Of a stretch of 64,000 bases of DNA, positions 48,973 to 61,765 are shown in pieces (the first letter of the stretch is position 1; each line of letters begins with the position of its first letter). Made by a program: the position numbers and the translations under genes. This DNA comes from Macrostomum lignano. Its lineage: Eukaryota. The notes under the pieces were generated by a model. That model made no database searches, had not been told where the DNA came from, and was given only the letters and a program-made list of their open reading frames with translations. The stretch covers positions 124,001 to 188,000 of the forward strand of contig NIVC01000707.1 in assembly GCA_002269645.1 (NCBI GenBank), in the 5' to 3' direction.

Positions 48973-51671
48973 TCACTGCTGCTCCTGAGAATCGGCAGCA
49001 GCTGAGCGGCTCACAGCTCCAGACTTCTCGTCTTTCTTCTTTTTCTTCTTTTGCTGCTGCTTCTGTTGGCTCAGCATGTCGCACAGGTTGCGCAGCAGGC
49101 GGATCTCAGCCTCCGCGCCCTCCATCTCCGACAGCATCTCCGTTGCGTCGGACACCAGGTCCTGCATCTCCAAGCTGCAGATATCGGCCTCCTCCCTAAA
49201 TGCGGTCGATATGGGGTGGTTTAAATTAAGTTTCAAGAAATATGAAATGTTAAGAGCGGGAATCTTATAATCTTCCTGACAGTAAAAGCGAGTAGTTAAT
49301 TGTAGACTTGTATTAAACCTGCAGAATGTCAGATGATGTCCAGTCTATTTATGGAACCACACACACAAGTGACGTGGGTTCTATTCATGGAAGCATGCAA
49401 ATGACGGTTCTATTCAAGGAAACACACAAGTGACGTCGGTTCTATTTATAGAAACACGCAAGTGACGTCGGTTCTATTTATGGAAACATGCAAGTGACGT
49501 CGGTTCTATTAATAGAAACACGCAAGTGACGTCGGTTCTATTAATAGAAACACGCAAGTGACGTCGGTTCTATTAATAGAAACACGCAAGTGACGTCGGT
49601 TCTATTAATAGAAACACGCAAGTGACGTCGGTTCTATTAATAGAAACACGCAAGGGACTTCTGTGGCAGGCAGTCGCCTTAGTTCTACTATATCATGTTT
49701 ATGCTTGCCTATGGAACCTCTAATATAAGGCTGCACCCACCCTCACACAATAACTTTGGTTCTATTTATAGAAACTCGCCAATAACGGGAAGAAAAGCAT
49801 CAACAACGCCAATTGCAATTATAGAAATACAGCTGCAAAAAACAAGCACTAATCGGTTGTTAGGTCTTATTTTTGTCCCACCAGCTCTGGCAAGCGGAAC
49901 ACGTGACGCCGGACCGGACGGGCTCAGGTGACAAAAAAACAAGATAAAGATGGTCAATCCCAAAAGAGACTGCGGACAAAGCACCTGCGTGACCAGCTGC
50001 GCCGCAAGCATATTTTGTAGGAAAGAGCAGACTAGTCAAGAGGGAGGCAAAATGGGATAATTAAAACTGTAACAAACTGCCGGCGCGCAGGTGGCGTTAA
50101 CTGGAGTCGGACGGCACCAGCTGGCAAGGGCTCTCGGGCGGAGGCCCCTGACAGGAAACCCTAGCGCTAATTTAGCGAATACCTCGCAGCGGAAAGAATT
50201 TTTGAAGAGGCCTCGGAACCGGTTATTCGGAATCGCTTTATTTTTTTCCGATTGAAGCGTGACACAGCAAGAATGCAGCTTCAGATTGTGATTGGCACAA
50301 ATTAAAGACAGTGACACGGTAATGTAACTGGTATCCCGGATGGAATTACCGCATACAGTAGAAGACTAAGACAGTTCATTGTTAAACCGTCTGAGTGCAT
50401 CTGCACTGTTTTAACTGAATTTTATAGAGTTTATTCTTAGAATTATATCTGCGATCGCCTACGAGCAGAATAGTGTCTCAGTGTTTGCAGACTCGTCCCG
50501 CCCATTCAATTCTAAGCGTATTTATAGTGTACACATAGCCATCATTGATTCTGTACAGTGTATTTATAGTGTACACATAGCCATCATTGATTCTGTACAG
50601 AGTGCATTTATAGTGTACACATAGCCAACATTGATTCTGTACAGAGTGCATTTATAGTGTACACACATAGCCAACACTGATTCTGTACAGAGTGTATTTA
50701 TAGTGTACACATAGCCATCATTGATTCTGTACAGAGTGTATTTATAGTGTACACACATAGCCATCATTGATTCTGTACAGAGTGTATTTATAGTGTACAC
50801 ACATAGCCATCATTGATTCTGTACAGAGTGTATTTATAGTGTACACACATAGCCAACACTGATTCTGTACAGAGTGTATTTATAGTGTACACAGAGCCAT
50901 CATTGATTCTGTACAAAGTGTATTTATAGTGTACACACATAGCCATCATTGATTCTGTACAGAGTGTATTTATAGTGTACACAGAGCCATCATTGATTCT
51001 GTACAAAGTGTATTTATAGTGTACACACATAGCCATCATTGATTCTGTACATAGTGTATTTATAGTGTACACATAGCCAACATTGATTATGTACAGTGTG
51101 TTTTTATAGTGTACACATAGCCAACATTGATTCTGTACAGAGTGTATTTATAGTGTACACATAGCCATCATTGATTCTGTACAGAGTGCATTGATAGTGT
51201 ACACACAGCCAACATTGATTCTGAACAGTGTATTTCTGTACAGACTAATGTAAATCTAAAATCCGTAACACTAAAGGCCACTCACCGCTCCAGCTGCTCT
51301 AGCCCATCCATCAGTGCTTCAGTATGGACGGCCAGTTTCGAGCGCAGTCGAGCTTCGATAGTCTCGCCGTCGCCGTCAGCAGCCTCGTTGGCCTCGCCCT
51401 CGGCGTCGGCTCCCTCCGCCGCATCCTCAGCAGCCTCTCCGCCTTCAACAGCCGGGTCGCTGCAGTCCAGCCAGCCGGCCAGGTCTTCCCCATTGTCGCC
51501 GAGAGCCTCGTCGGACGGATCGTCCAGCACCTGCAGGGCGCCAACGATGTCCTCCACGGTCTTGGCGAGCTCGTCCTGCACGCGGGCTCGGTAAGCCTCG
51601 CCGAATGCCACCAGGCAGTCCTGGCTGGAATCCTCGTTGCCAACTGGCTGCTCGGGCTCCTTGTCCACCTC
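48973..51671 (-). CDS. Acidic coiled-coil protein, last two exons complement(48973..49195,51286..51671); 5' exons not identified
   Basis: Acceptor CTCTTCCAG/GAG at 51671; donor CG/GTGAGT at 51286 and acceptor TTTAG/G at 49195 are phase-2 compatible (LEQLER-EEADICSLEMQDL...). GC3-rich; no family recognised. Confidence 0.68.
49365..49635. repeat. 32-bp minisatellite, intronic
   Basis: Unit GAAACACGCAAGTGACGTCGGTTCTATTAATA, ~8 units. Confidence 0.9.
50516..51240. repeat. 44/46-bp minisatellite, intronic
   Basis: Unit GTATTTATAGTGTACAC(AC)ATAGCCATCATTGATTCTGTACAGAGT, ~16 units. Confidence 0.94.
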
Positions 51672-51721
51672 CTGGAAGAGAAGAGGTGAAAATGTGAGTT
51701 ATTGATGCGCCTGTTCTGCGA

Positions 51722-53300
51722 GTGATGTGTCACAACTGTGATTGACTCCAGTGTGTGTCACAACTGTGATTGACTCCAGTGATGTGTCACAACTGTGATT
51801 GACTCCAGTGTGTGTCACAACTGTGATTGACTCCAGTGATGTGTCACAACTGTGATTGACTCCAGTGTGTGTCACAACTGTGATTGACTCCAGTGATGTG
51901 TCACAACTGTGATTGACCCACTGTGACTCACTGTGATTGACTGTGTCAGTCATGTGATTACTGTGTCAGTACAGTGATCATGGAGCATTGTCAGTCATGT
52001 GATTACTGTGGCAGTACACTCACTGATCATGGAGCATTGTCAGTCATGTGATTACTGTGTCAGTACACTAACTGATCATGGAGCATATTGTCAGTCATGT
52101 GATTACTGTGTCAGTACAGTGATCATGGAGCATTGTCAGTCATGTGATTACTGTGTCAGTACAGTGATCATGGAGCATTGTCAGTCATGTGATTACTGTG
52201 GCAGTACACTCACTGATCATGGAGCATTGTCAGTCATGTGATTACTGTGTCAGTACACTAACTGATCATGGAGCATATTGTCAGTCATGTGATTACTGTG
52301 TCAGTACACTAACTGATCATGGAGCATATTGTCAGTCATGTGATTACTGTGTCAGTACAGTGATCATGGAGCATTGTCAGTCATGTGATTACTGTGTCAG
52401 TACAGTGATCATGGAGCATATTGTCAGTCATGTGATTACTGTGTCAGTACACTAACTGATCATGGAGCATATTGTCAGTCATGTGATTACTGTGTCAGTA
52501 CACTAACTGATCATGGAGCATATTGTCAGTCATGTGATTACTGTGTCAGTACAGTGATCATGGAGCATTGTCAGTCATGTGATTACTGTGTCAGTACAGT
52601 GATCATGGAGCATTGTCAGTCATGTGATTACTGTGTCAGTACAGTGATCATGGAGCATATTGTCAGTCATGTGATTACTGTGTCAGTACAGTGATCATGG
52701 AGCATATTGTCAGTCATGTGATTACTGTGTCAGTACAGTGATCATGGAGCATTGTCAGTCATGTGATTACTGTGTCAGTACAGTGATCATGGAGCATTGT
52801 CAGTCATGTGATTACTGTGTCAGTACAGTGATCATGGAGCATTGTCAGTCATGTGATTACTGTGGCAGTACACTCACTGATCATGGAGCATTGTCAGTCA
52901 TGTGATTACTGTGTCAGTACACTAACTGATCATGGAGCATATTGTCAGTCATGTGATTACTGTGTCAGTACAGTGATCATGGAGCATTGTCAGTCATGTG
53001 ATTACTGTGTCAGTACAGTGATCATGGAGCATTGTCAGTCATGTGATTACTGTGTCAGTACACTAACTGATCATGGAGCATTGTCAGTCATGTGATTACT
53101 GTGTCAGTACACTAACTGATCATGGAGCATATTGTCAGTCATGTGATTACTGTGTCAGTACAGTGATCATGGAGCATTGTCAGTCATGCGATTACTGTGT
53201 CAGTACACTCACTGATCATGGAGCATATTGTCAGTCATGTGATTACTGTGTCAGTACAGTGATCATGGAGCATTGTCAGTCATGTGATTACTGTGTCAGT
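51722..53300. repeat. 28/29-bp array (51722-51915) followed by 45-51-bp array (51945-53300)
   Basis: GTGTCACAACTGTGATTGACTCCAGT(GA)T, then TGTCAGTCATGTGATTACTGTGTCAGTACA(CTAACT)GTGATCATGGAGCAT(AT). Confidence 0.94.
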
Positions 53301-53859
53301 GCCGATTAAGACACCAGAAAGAGAGAGGGGCGGCGCTGCAATTAGAGCAGAAGCTGAGCCCAACACAAACTAGAAGCTAAATCAGACAATTATTAAATAG
53401 ATAAAACATGAAAATTGCGAGCTTGCGCGGTAAAAATGACTCAACATTTATTTGATCCCGCGCTCATTAGCATATTTATAGCTATGATAAACAATCGGCA
53501 GGTGCATGCAGGCGAAGCCGGTGCTTCTCAAATACTAATTGGGTTGCGCGTGTAAACAATTCGGTCCAACAAAGTGATTTGAATTGCGACATCAAAAAAT
53601 TGCAGATAAGAGCGTACATGTAGCAAGGAAACAGAAGCCATATCTATCTATTCCAGAGAAGGAACTTGTGCAGAAGCTTAGTCATTTACTCGTGTTATTT
53701 ATGAGACATCACAACAGCATAACAAAGACTACAGATAGATAGGATAGACCCAACAACAGAGCGCAGTAAAAGAGCATCTTGCACTATATATAATTGCCAA
53801 TAAAATAATAAGCCTTGACTGGCTAAAACTAATTGCGAATCGGCCAGGTCTTTGCGGAG

Positions 53860-54740
53860 GCCGGTTTCTGAGACCTGAGCCTGCACACTGTGATGGGGAG
53901 TGGCCGGTTTCTGAGACCTGAGCCTGCACACTGTGATGGGGAGTGGCCGGTTTCTGAGACCTGAGCCTGCACACTGTGATGGGGAGTGGCCGGTTTCTGA
54001 GACCTGAGCCTGCACACTGTGATGGGGAGTGGCCGGTTTCTGAGACCTGAGCCTGCACACTGTGATGGGGAGTGGCCGGTTTCTGAGACCTGAGCCTGCA
54101 CACTGTGATGGGGAGTGGCCGGTTTCTGAGACCTGAGCCTGCACACTGTGATGGGGGTGGCCGGTTTCTGAGACCTGAGCCTGCACACTGTGATGGGGAG
54201 TGGCCGGTTTCTGAGACCTGAGCCTGCACACTGTGATGGGGAGTGGCCGGTTTCTGAGACCTGAGCCTGCACACTGTGATGGGGAGTGGCCGGTTTCTGA
54301 GACCTGAGCCTGCACACTGTGATGGGGGTGGCCGGTTTCTGAGACCTGAGCCTGCACACTGTGATGGGGGTGGCCGGTTTCTGAGACCTGAGCCTGCACA
54401 CTGTGATGGGGGTGGCCGGTTTCTGAGACCTGAGCCTGCACACTGTGATGGGGGTGGCCGGTCACTGAGACCTGAGCCTGCACACTGTGATGGGGAGTGG
54501 CCGGTTTTTGAGACCTGAGCCTGCACACTGTGATGGGGAGTGGCCGGTTTTTGAGACCTGAGCCTGCACACTGTGATGGGGGTGGCCGGTTTCTGAGACC
54601 TGAGACTGCACTGTGATGGGGTGGCTGGTTTCTGAGACCTGAGCCTGCACACTGTGATGGGGGTGGCCGGTTTCTGAGACCTGAGCCTGCACACTGTGAT
54701 GGGGGTGGGTGGCCGGTCTCTGAGACCTGAGCCTGCACAC
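53860..54740. repeat. 42/43-bp minisatellite, ~20 units
   Basis: Unit GGCCGGTTTCTGAGACCTGAGCCTGCACACTGTGATGGGG(A)GT. Confidence 0.95.
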
Positions 54741-54844
54741 AGGGATGGAGTTCATGGCCATGGAATTACAGTACAGGTACTGGTGCTAATGCATAGTTCA
54801 GAGAGATTAGACCTTCAATTTAAATCATGAATAGTTTTGATCTG

Positions 54845-57800
54845 TCAGCTGCGGCCGTCCACATCCAGCGACTCTGGCCAGGCGTCCACCCGCACCCTGG
54901 GCAGCTGGCCGTCGAACAGCCGGTCCAGCCAGTTCGGCAGGCCGGCCAGCAGGTCCCGCTCGAACAGCGGCGCGTCTGGCTCGCTCAGCGGGTCCCCGAA
55001 GCCTCCGCCGTTGTCGCCACCGTCGCGTCGACGTCGTCGCCGTCGTTTCAGCGTGGCTGCCTCGCCGTCGTAGTCGTCCGAGGAGTCCTCGGAGGATTCG
55101 TCCGAGTCATGCAGGCCGAGGAAGCGGCAGTCGAACTGGCGCTGCATGGCCGACCGGATTTTCGGGTGGTAGATGCAGAAGTACCTGAGGAGTGGGGTGG
55201 GTGCGGGATGCAGAATTACCTGAGGAGTGGGGTGGGTGCGGGATGCAGAATTACCTGAGGAGTGGGGTGGGTGCTGATGCAGAATTACCTGAGGAGTGGG
55301 GTGGGTGCGGGATGCAGAAGTACCTGAGGAGTGGGGTGGGTGCGGGATGCAGAATTACCTGAGGAGTGGGGTGGGTGCGGGATGCAGAAGTACCTGAGGA
55401 GTGGGGTGGGTGCGGGATGCAGAATTACCTGAGGAGTGGGGTGGGTGCGGGATGCAGAAGTACCTGAGGAGTGGGGTGGGTGCGGGATGCAGAAGTACCT
55501 GAGGAGTGGGGTGGGTGCGGGATGCAGAAGTACCTGAGGAGTGGGGTGGGTGCGGGATGCAGAAGTACCTGAGGAGTGGGGTGGGTGCGGGATGCAGAAG
55601 TACCTGAGGAGTGGGGTGGGTGCGGGATGCAGAAGTACCTGAGGAGTGGGGTGGGTGCGGGATGCAGAAGTACCTGAGGAGTGGGGTGGGTGCGGGATGC
55701 AGAAGTACCTGAGGAGTGGGGTAGGTGCGGGATGCAGAAGTACCTGAGGAGTGGGGTGGGTGCGGGATGCAGAAGTACCTGAGGAGTGGGGTGGGTGCGG
55801 GATGCAGAAGTACCTGCGGGATATTTAGGCTGCAATAAAACTTGGGAGCTCGATATGATGTGACATTTCGAGCTTATAAAACGGTTATGGACCCACGAGT
55901 GACAAGCCCGATGAAAACGGTACCCAGGCCAAGAAGCGTCCCCAGAGTCACTTGCCTTGCCCCAGAGTCGTTGCAGGTAGCACAGGTAAGATAGGAAAGA
56001 GCTGACTCTAGACAACTCTAAAGCGACGAGATGTCCCGGTACAAGTCGCCAAAAAGTCATCAAAGAGTCACCTAAGAGCCAATTTGAAGTGTTGTATTTT
56101 CCTTGACTCTGAGGCGCTTCTATAATGAATCTGGGACCGTAGAGTCGTATTTGAGGCATGCTGGATTTCATCTCATTTCGCATTAATAACAACTCGATTT
56201 AGACTACTTGAGTTAGTAGAAAGTTAGGCGCTAACATAGCGACTTGGGAGACTTTTTTGCGACTCTTCCGATTCTGCAACTCAAGTGATGACTCAACAGA
56301 CGCCTCTCTGTCGCACTGCAGTCATTTGAGTCGTTAAAAAGTCGCCCCAGAGATTTTCCAGAGCCACTAGTGAGTTGTTTGCAATGACTCTTTAAGCGAT
56401 TCTTGTCACGGTAAAGTTTTCAACGGACAGGCCAATTTCAGTGCACGCAGAGCACAGCTACCCCCCCCCCCCCAACATGTTCACATCTCACTTTCGGAAC
56501 CCGTTAACGGCCAGCACAGTCCCGGAGCAGTTTCTCGGCTGGACCACCCGCTGTTCGCCCAGCTTCCGGCCGATGACAAACTCGAGGATGGCGCGGTACC
56601 AGCCCATCCGCTCGCCGACGTCCAGCACGGCGAAGCGTAGCCGTTCGACGCTGGCGAATGGCGCCAGGCAGCGGGCGAAGTCGGCGGCCAGCTTGGCCTT
56701 CAGGCTGGAGTCCACCACCAGCACCAGGGAGATCTGGCCCTGCGGACTGGCGCTGATGAGGCGCCTGTAGTTGCTAGGCTCCAGCTCCGCCAGCATCCGC
56801 GTGTTGTCTGGCCGCCGGCCAGCTGTCTCGAACGGGCTCGGCGCCCCAGTCTGGCGCCGCTGACCAGCGCCGCTGCCAGTCCCGTTGCTATGCTGGTTGC
56901 TTTGCGACTTGCGATTTGCCGAGCGGAGCTTCTGCTCCTCCCACTGGGCCAGACGGGTCATGATGTAGGCAGTGCCGATCACCATGGCAACGGTGAGCAC
57001 CACGAGCATTGGACCGCTGGGGTCGACGCCTCGAAGGTGCAGCATCGCCCGGCCGCACAGGGTGTGCAGGCGGCGCCAGATGCGGATGGGCAGCGCCGGC
57101 CGGGACTCGTCGGCAAAAGCCGGCGCCGAGGCCAGCACGGTCAGGCCGAGGGAGTCCTCGGCGACTGCGGCGATGGACTCGCGGAGCTGCTCGACGGTCA
57201 GGCTGACGTTCCAGCGGCCAGCCAGCCAGCGGTAGCCGACGCGGCTGGCCGTGGCCCGCCACAGCAGCAGCACCCGGCCGGCGAAGCTGGCGGCTGGCTC
57301 CTCGGCCGAGCCGAGCGAGCGGAGAAAGTCCAGCTGCGAGTCGGCGTGGATGTAGGCCAGTCGCACCCGAGAGTCGGCGGCTCCGTCTCGACGCCGCCGG
57401 TCCCAGCGGCGGGCCTCACGTCTGGGAATCGAGGGAAGCAGGGCGGAGTGCGAGTTACGGACGGAGTTGCTCAGATGGTGAATGGCTCAGGGGGAACTGC
57501 TCAGATGGTGAATGGCTCAGGGGGAAATGCTCAGATGGTGAATGGCTCAGGAGGAACTGCTCAGATGGTGAATGGCTCAGGGGGAAATGCTCAGATGGTG
57601 AATGGCTCAGGGGGAATTGCTCAGATGGTGAATGGCTCAGGGGGAATTGCTCAGATGGTGAATGGCTCAGGGGGAAATGCTCAGATGGTGAATGGCTCAG
57701 GGGGAATAGCTCAGATGGTGAATGGCTCAGGGGGAATGCTCAGATGGTGAATGGCTCAGGGGGAATTGCTCAGATGGTGAATGGCTCAGGGGGAAATGCT

Positions 57801-59560
57801 CAGATGGTGAATGGCTCAGGGGGAATTGCTCAGATGGTGAATGGCTCAGGGGGAAATGCTCAGATGGTGAATGGCTCAGGGGGAAATGCTCAGATGGTGA
57901 ATGGCTCAGGGGGAAATGCTCAGATGGTGAATGGCTCAGGGGGAATTGCTCAGATGGTGAATGGCTCAGGGGGAATTGCTCAGATGGTGAATGGCTCAGG
58001 GGGAAATGCTCAGATGGTGAATGGCTCAGGGGGAATTGCTCAGATGGTGAATGGCTCAGGGGGAATTGCTCAGATGGTGAATGGCTCAGGGGGAAATGCT
58101 CAGATGGTGAATGGCTCAGGAGGAACTGCTCAGATGGTGAATGGCTCAGGAGGAGTTGCTCAGATGGTGAATGGCTCAGGGGGAATTGCTCAGATGGTGA
58201 ATGGCTCAGGAGGAATTGCTCAGATGGTGAATGGCTCAGGAGGAATTGCTCAGATGGTGAATGGCTCAGGGGGAATTGCTCAGATGGTGAATGGCTCAGG
58301 GGGAATTGCTCAGATGGTGAATGGCTCAGGGGGAGTTCGCCCGAATGGTAAATGATTTGAAAAAGTTCGAATGCAAGTCGCTAACCTGAAGAAGGCCGCA
58401 GCCTGTCCGGTCTCCTCACCGGGCCGCAGCAGCAGCAGCACGCAGAGAAATTTGTCCCGATATGCCATCTGCGCGGGGCAGAGCTCTTCGGCCAGCTCAG
58501 GCGAGGCCAGCCGAGGCAAGGCCAGATGCTTGCGAGCTTCCAGCCAGGCGGACAGGGCCTCGGTCTCCAGGCGCGCAGACTCGAGCCGGCCGACCTCCCC
58601 GTCTTCGTCGAACAGCAGGACGGACTCCAGGCCGCCGGACAGCCGCCTGGCGGAGCGGAAGGCCTCGACGGAGCTGGATGCGGTGTCCGCATAGGCGAAG
58701 GCCAGCCGGCTGCGCCAGGCGTAGGCGGCCATGAGGAAGCGGATCGGTGGCCGGCCGAGCGGCTTGGCCAGCACCGCGCGCGGCCGGTTGTCCGACCAGC
58801 CGGACAGGAAGACGGCCGCGCCCGAGTCGGCAAGCGGCGGCAGAGTGTCCACGGGGAACAGGGAGCGGTAGAAGTCGCGCAGGCCGGCCAAGGACAGCTG
58901 TCCGGAGTAGTGGTAGGCCACGCCGTCCACCACCCCGATAATGGCGGGCACCTGGTCTATGCGCAGGATCTCGGCCAGGTTGGAGGACATCCCGGCGTGG
59001 ACGACGGCCATGGGGACGCCCAGGGGCAGCAGGTCCTCGGCCAGGCGGCGCCACAGCGGGCCGACTCGCATGCAAGGAAAGCAGAAGTCGGCTGTGGCGA
59101 ATAGAAGGGCCGGCCGGCGCCACGAATCCGGCGCCAGGCGCACCTGATACTGGCGCAGGGTGATCTGCTCCAGCGCGGGGCCGCCGGCCTCGTCAGAGTG
59201 CTGCTGGTGCTGGTGAAAGAACTCGGCGAAGGGCGAGGCGTGGAACGAGTGGAAGCTGGGGTGGCGCGGGTCGGCCTGCACAGTGCCGAACATGTCGTAC
59301 TCGCGCCGCTTGCTGGCATCGGACAGGATCTCGTAGGCCTCGTTGATGCGGACGAATCTGTCCGAGGCGCCAGGGTCCCTGGACTTGTCCGGGTGGTTGG
59401 CTCTGGCCAGCCGCTTGTAGGCCTGCTTGACCTCCTGGGGAGTCGCCGAACGGGACACGCCCAGCACCGAGTACAGGTCCTGCTGCTCCTCCGAGAGGGC
59501 TGCTGGCGGCAGCAGACAGAGCAGCAGCAGCAGCGACAGCAGGCGGCAGTGAGAGTGCAT
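54845..59560 (-). CDS. DNAJC16: DnaJ homolog subfamily C member 16, join complement(54845..55184,56492..57421,58386..59560), 814 aa
   Basis: Signal peptide; J-domain (DLYSVLGV...HPDK...INEAYEILSD...YDMFG); thioredoxin-like FCFPC; TM segment; C-terminal LLAGLPNWLDRLFDGQLPRVRVDAWP. Three exons join with consistent phase-2 introns. Confidence 0.9.
55172..55816 (-). repeat. 35-bp minisatellite spanning the DNAJC16 intron 2/exon 3 junction (19 CAG/GTA sites)
   Basis: Sense unit CCGCACCCACCCCACTCCTCAG/GTACTTCTGCATC; the last 13 nt are the first 13 nt of exon 3. Confidence 0.95.
57468..58335. repeat. 30-bp minisatellite filling DNAJC16 intron 1, ~29 units
   Basis: Unit GCTCAGATGGTGAATGGCTCAGGGGGAATT; the AQMVNGSGG ORFs are artefacts. 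Confidence 0.96.
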
Positions 59561-59654
59561 GTTTGCTGACTTGCTGCCGTCTGCCTCTAGCAGCAATCGC
59601 TGTTGGCATGAAGGAATGAGGGAATGGAGTGAAAATAGGCGGTTTACATAATCT

Positions 59655-60360
59655 AAGATCTCACCCGTGAGAACACCTAGTAACCCGAGATCTCACCCGT
59701 GAAAATACCTAGTAACCTGAGATCTCACCCATGATCAAATACCTAGTAACCTGAGATCTCACCCATGATCAAATACCTAGTAACCTGAGATCTCACCCGT
59801 GAGAATACCTAGTAACCTGAGATCTCACCCCGTGAGAATACCTAGTAACCTGAGATCTCACCCATGATCAAATACCTAGTAACCTGAGATCTCACCCCCG
59901 TGAGAATACCTAGTAACCTGAGATCTCACCCGTGAGAATACCCAGTAACCTGAGATTTCACCCATGATCAAATACCTAGTAACCTGAGATCTCACCCATG
60001 ATCAAATACCTAGTAACCTGAGATCTCACCCATGATCAAATACCTAGTAACCTGAGATCTCACCCATGATCAAATACCTAGTAACCTGAGATCTCACCCC
60101 CGTGAGAATACCTAGTAACCTGAGATCTCACCCGTGAGAATACCCAGTAACCTGAGATTTCACCCATGATCAAATACCTAGTAACCTGAGATCTCACCCA
60201 TGATCAAATACCTAGTAACCTGAGATCTCACCCATGATCAAATACCTAGTAACCTGAGATCTCACCCATGATCAAATACCTAGTAACCTGAGATCTCACC
60301 CATGATCAAATACCTAGTAACCTGAGATCTCACCCATGAGAATAGCTGGTAACCTGAGAT
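59655..60360. repeat. 32-34-bp minisatellite upstream of DNAJC16
   Basis: Unit ATACCTAGTAACCTGAGATCTCACCC(ATGATCAA/GTGAGA), ~21 units. Confidence 0.94.
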
Positions 60361-61765
60361 CTCTGGTGTCAATCGGAATAAATTCCCACTCAGGTGGTAG
60401 AGCATAGGTCAGTGGTTCGAGGCCTTCTCCACTAATAATAATTCTATTATTTTCTATTTTAGTCAGTCTCTCAGGAAATTCAGTTAAACAGAGTCAAACG
60501 CTGCAAGAAGCAGAAAAAAGCTTGGTTCCGTGTGTAATTCCAGACTCGTCTGGGCGCGTGCTGAGTGGTTGAGACATCACGGTTTGAGACCTGTTAAAGT
60601 GCGGCCTCTGACTAGAGTAGAGCACAAAGTCGAGCTCAGAGTCAGTCTGAATAAAACAAGCTGCTCAAAAAAACAAATAGCGGCCCGTTTGGCGTGTCGC
60701 TAGCTTTGAGAAACAACAACAACAACAACAAACTCTTTAATGCGAATGAATATGCATTGTTTAGTGCTGTGCAAGAGAATCTTCACAGCACTACTTGCAG
60801 TAAGCCCGGCGGACGGTGCAATAACAAATAGATAGTATAAAAATAGCCTCACACTGCTGCAAGCAAGAAGCACACTAAGCAGACTAGACCGGTAATAAAC
60901 TAAAGTAATTGGCCGCTCTATTATGCAAGCAATAATTTGATTTCAAAATCACATGAGCACTACTCTTCACGCAAGTGAATTTCGATGTGTAATAATAATA
61001 GTATTAGTATCAATATAGTATAAATAGAAGCTGCAATAAATTGCACCAGATCTGCATACCTGAGTGCATATTAACCATCCCGCTGCCTCTGAGGACGCTC
61101 ACACAAGGTGTACACACATCGTCAGAGAAGTACCAAATTAAGGTGGCAGCTCTAGGAGTCGAGCCTCCCCCCCAGCCGGGACCGAGGAACCAAGTCCTCA
61201 AGACCATCTAGATGTTCAAGCTGTCCTCATCAAGCCTCTTGAAGCTGTCTAAAATCGAGCCCGCTGTGAGCATGGAGCATTATCGGTCAGACAAGCAGGT
61301 GCCAAATTAAAATAAAACACGGGTAATGCGGTAAGACTATGCGGTAACTCAATGGAACTCTGCACTGTAAGAGTAAAGAAAGCTGAGGGCACAGAGCAAG
61401 GCACAGAGTTCAGCCACTGCACTTCTGACACTAATTAACTTTCGGAGGCTGGAAAAATTGCCTCATCACATTGATAACAATACAAGCTGCGCACCAGGGG
61501 ATCTTAGTTACCTGAATAAACTATTGGGGAGCTCTAAGGATCCATACAGGATTTGCAGCCGGGATCCTTGAGGATTTGGACAAGAACCACTGTTGTATAT
61601 CAGGACATTAAACTCATTTTTTCATCACAAAATCAATGATTGACTTTGATCTGGGGCAGTGAAGATTGCCATTTCTTTAATTTAGCATGCATGCGCGATC
61701 TTTGAGTTTACGCCCTGTTATGCTACAGTGGTCCTTGGATTCGGGAGCTCAGATCCGGGATCCGG

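Noticed and set aside
49766-50011. Hydrophobic ORF inside the coiled-coil gene intron
   Set aside because: No family motif, AT-rich codons and no supporting splice or expression signals.
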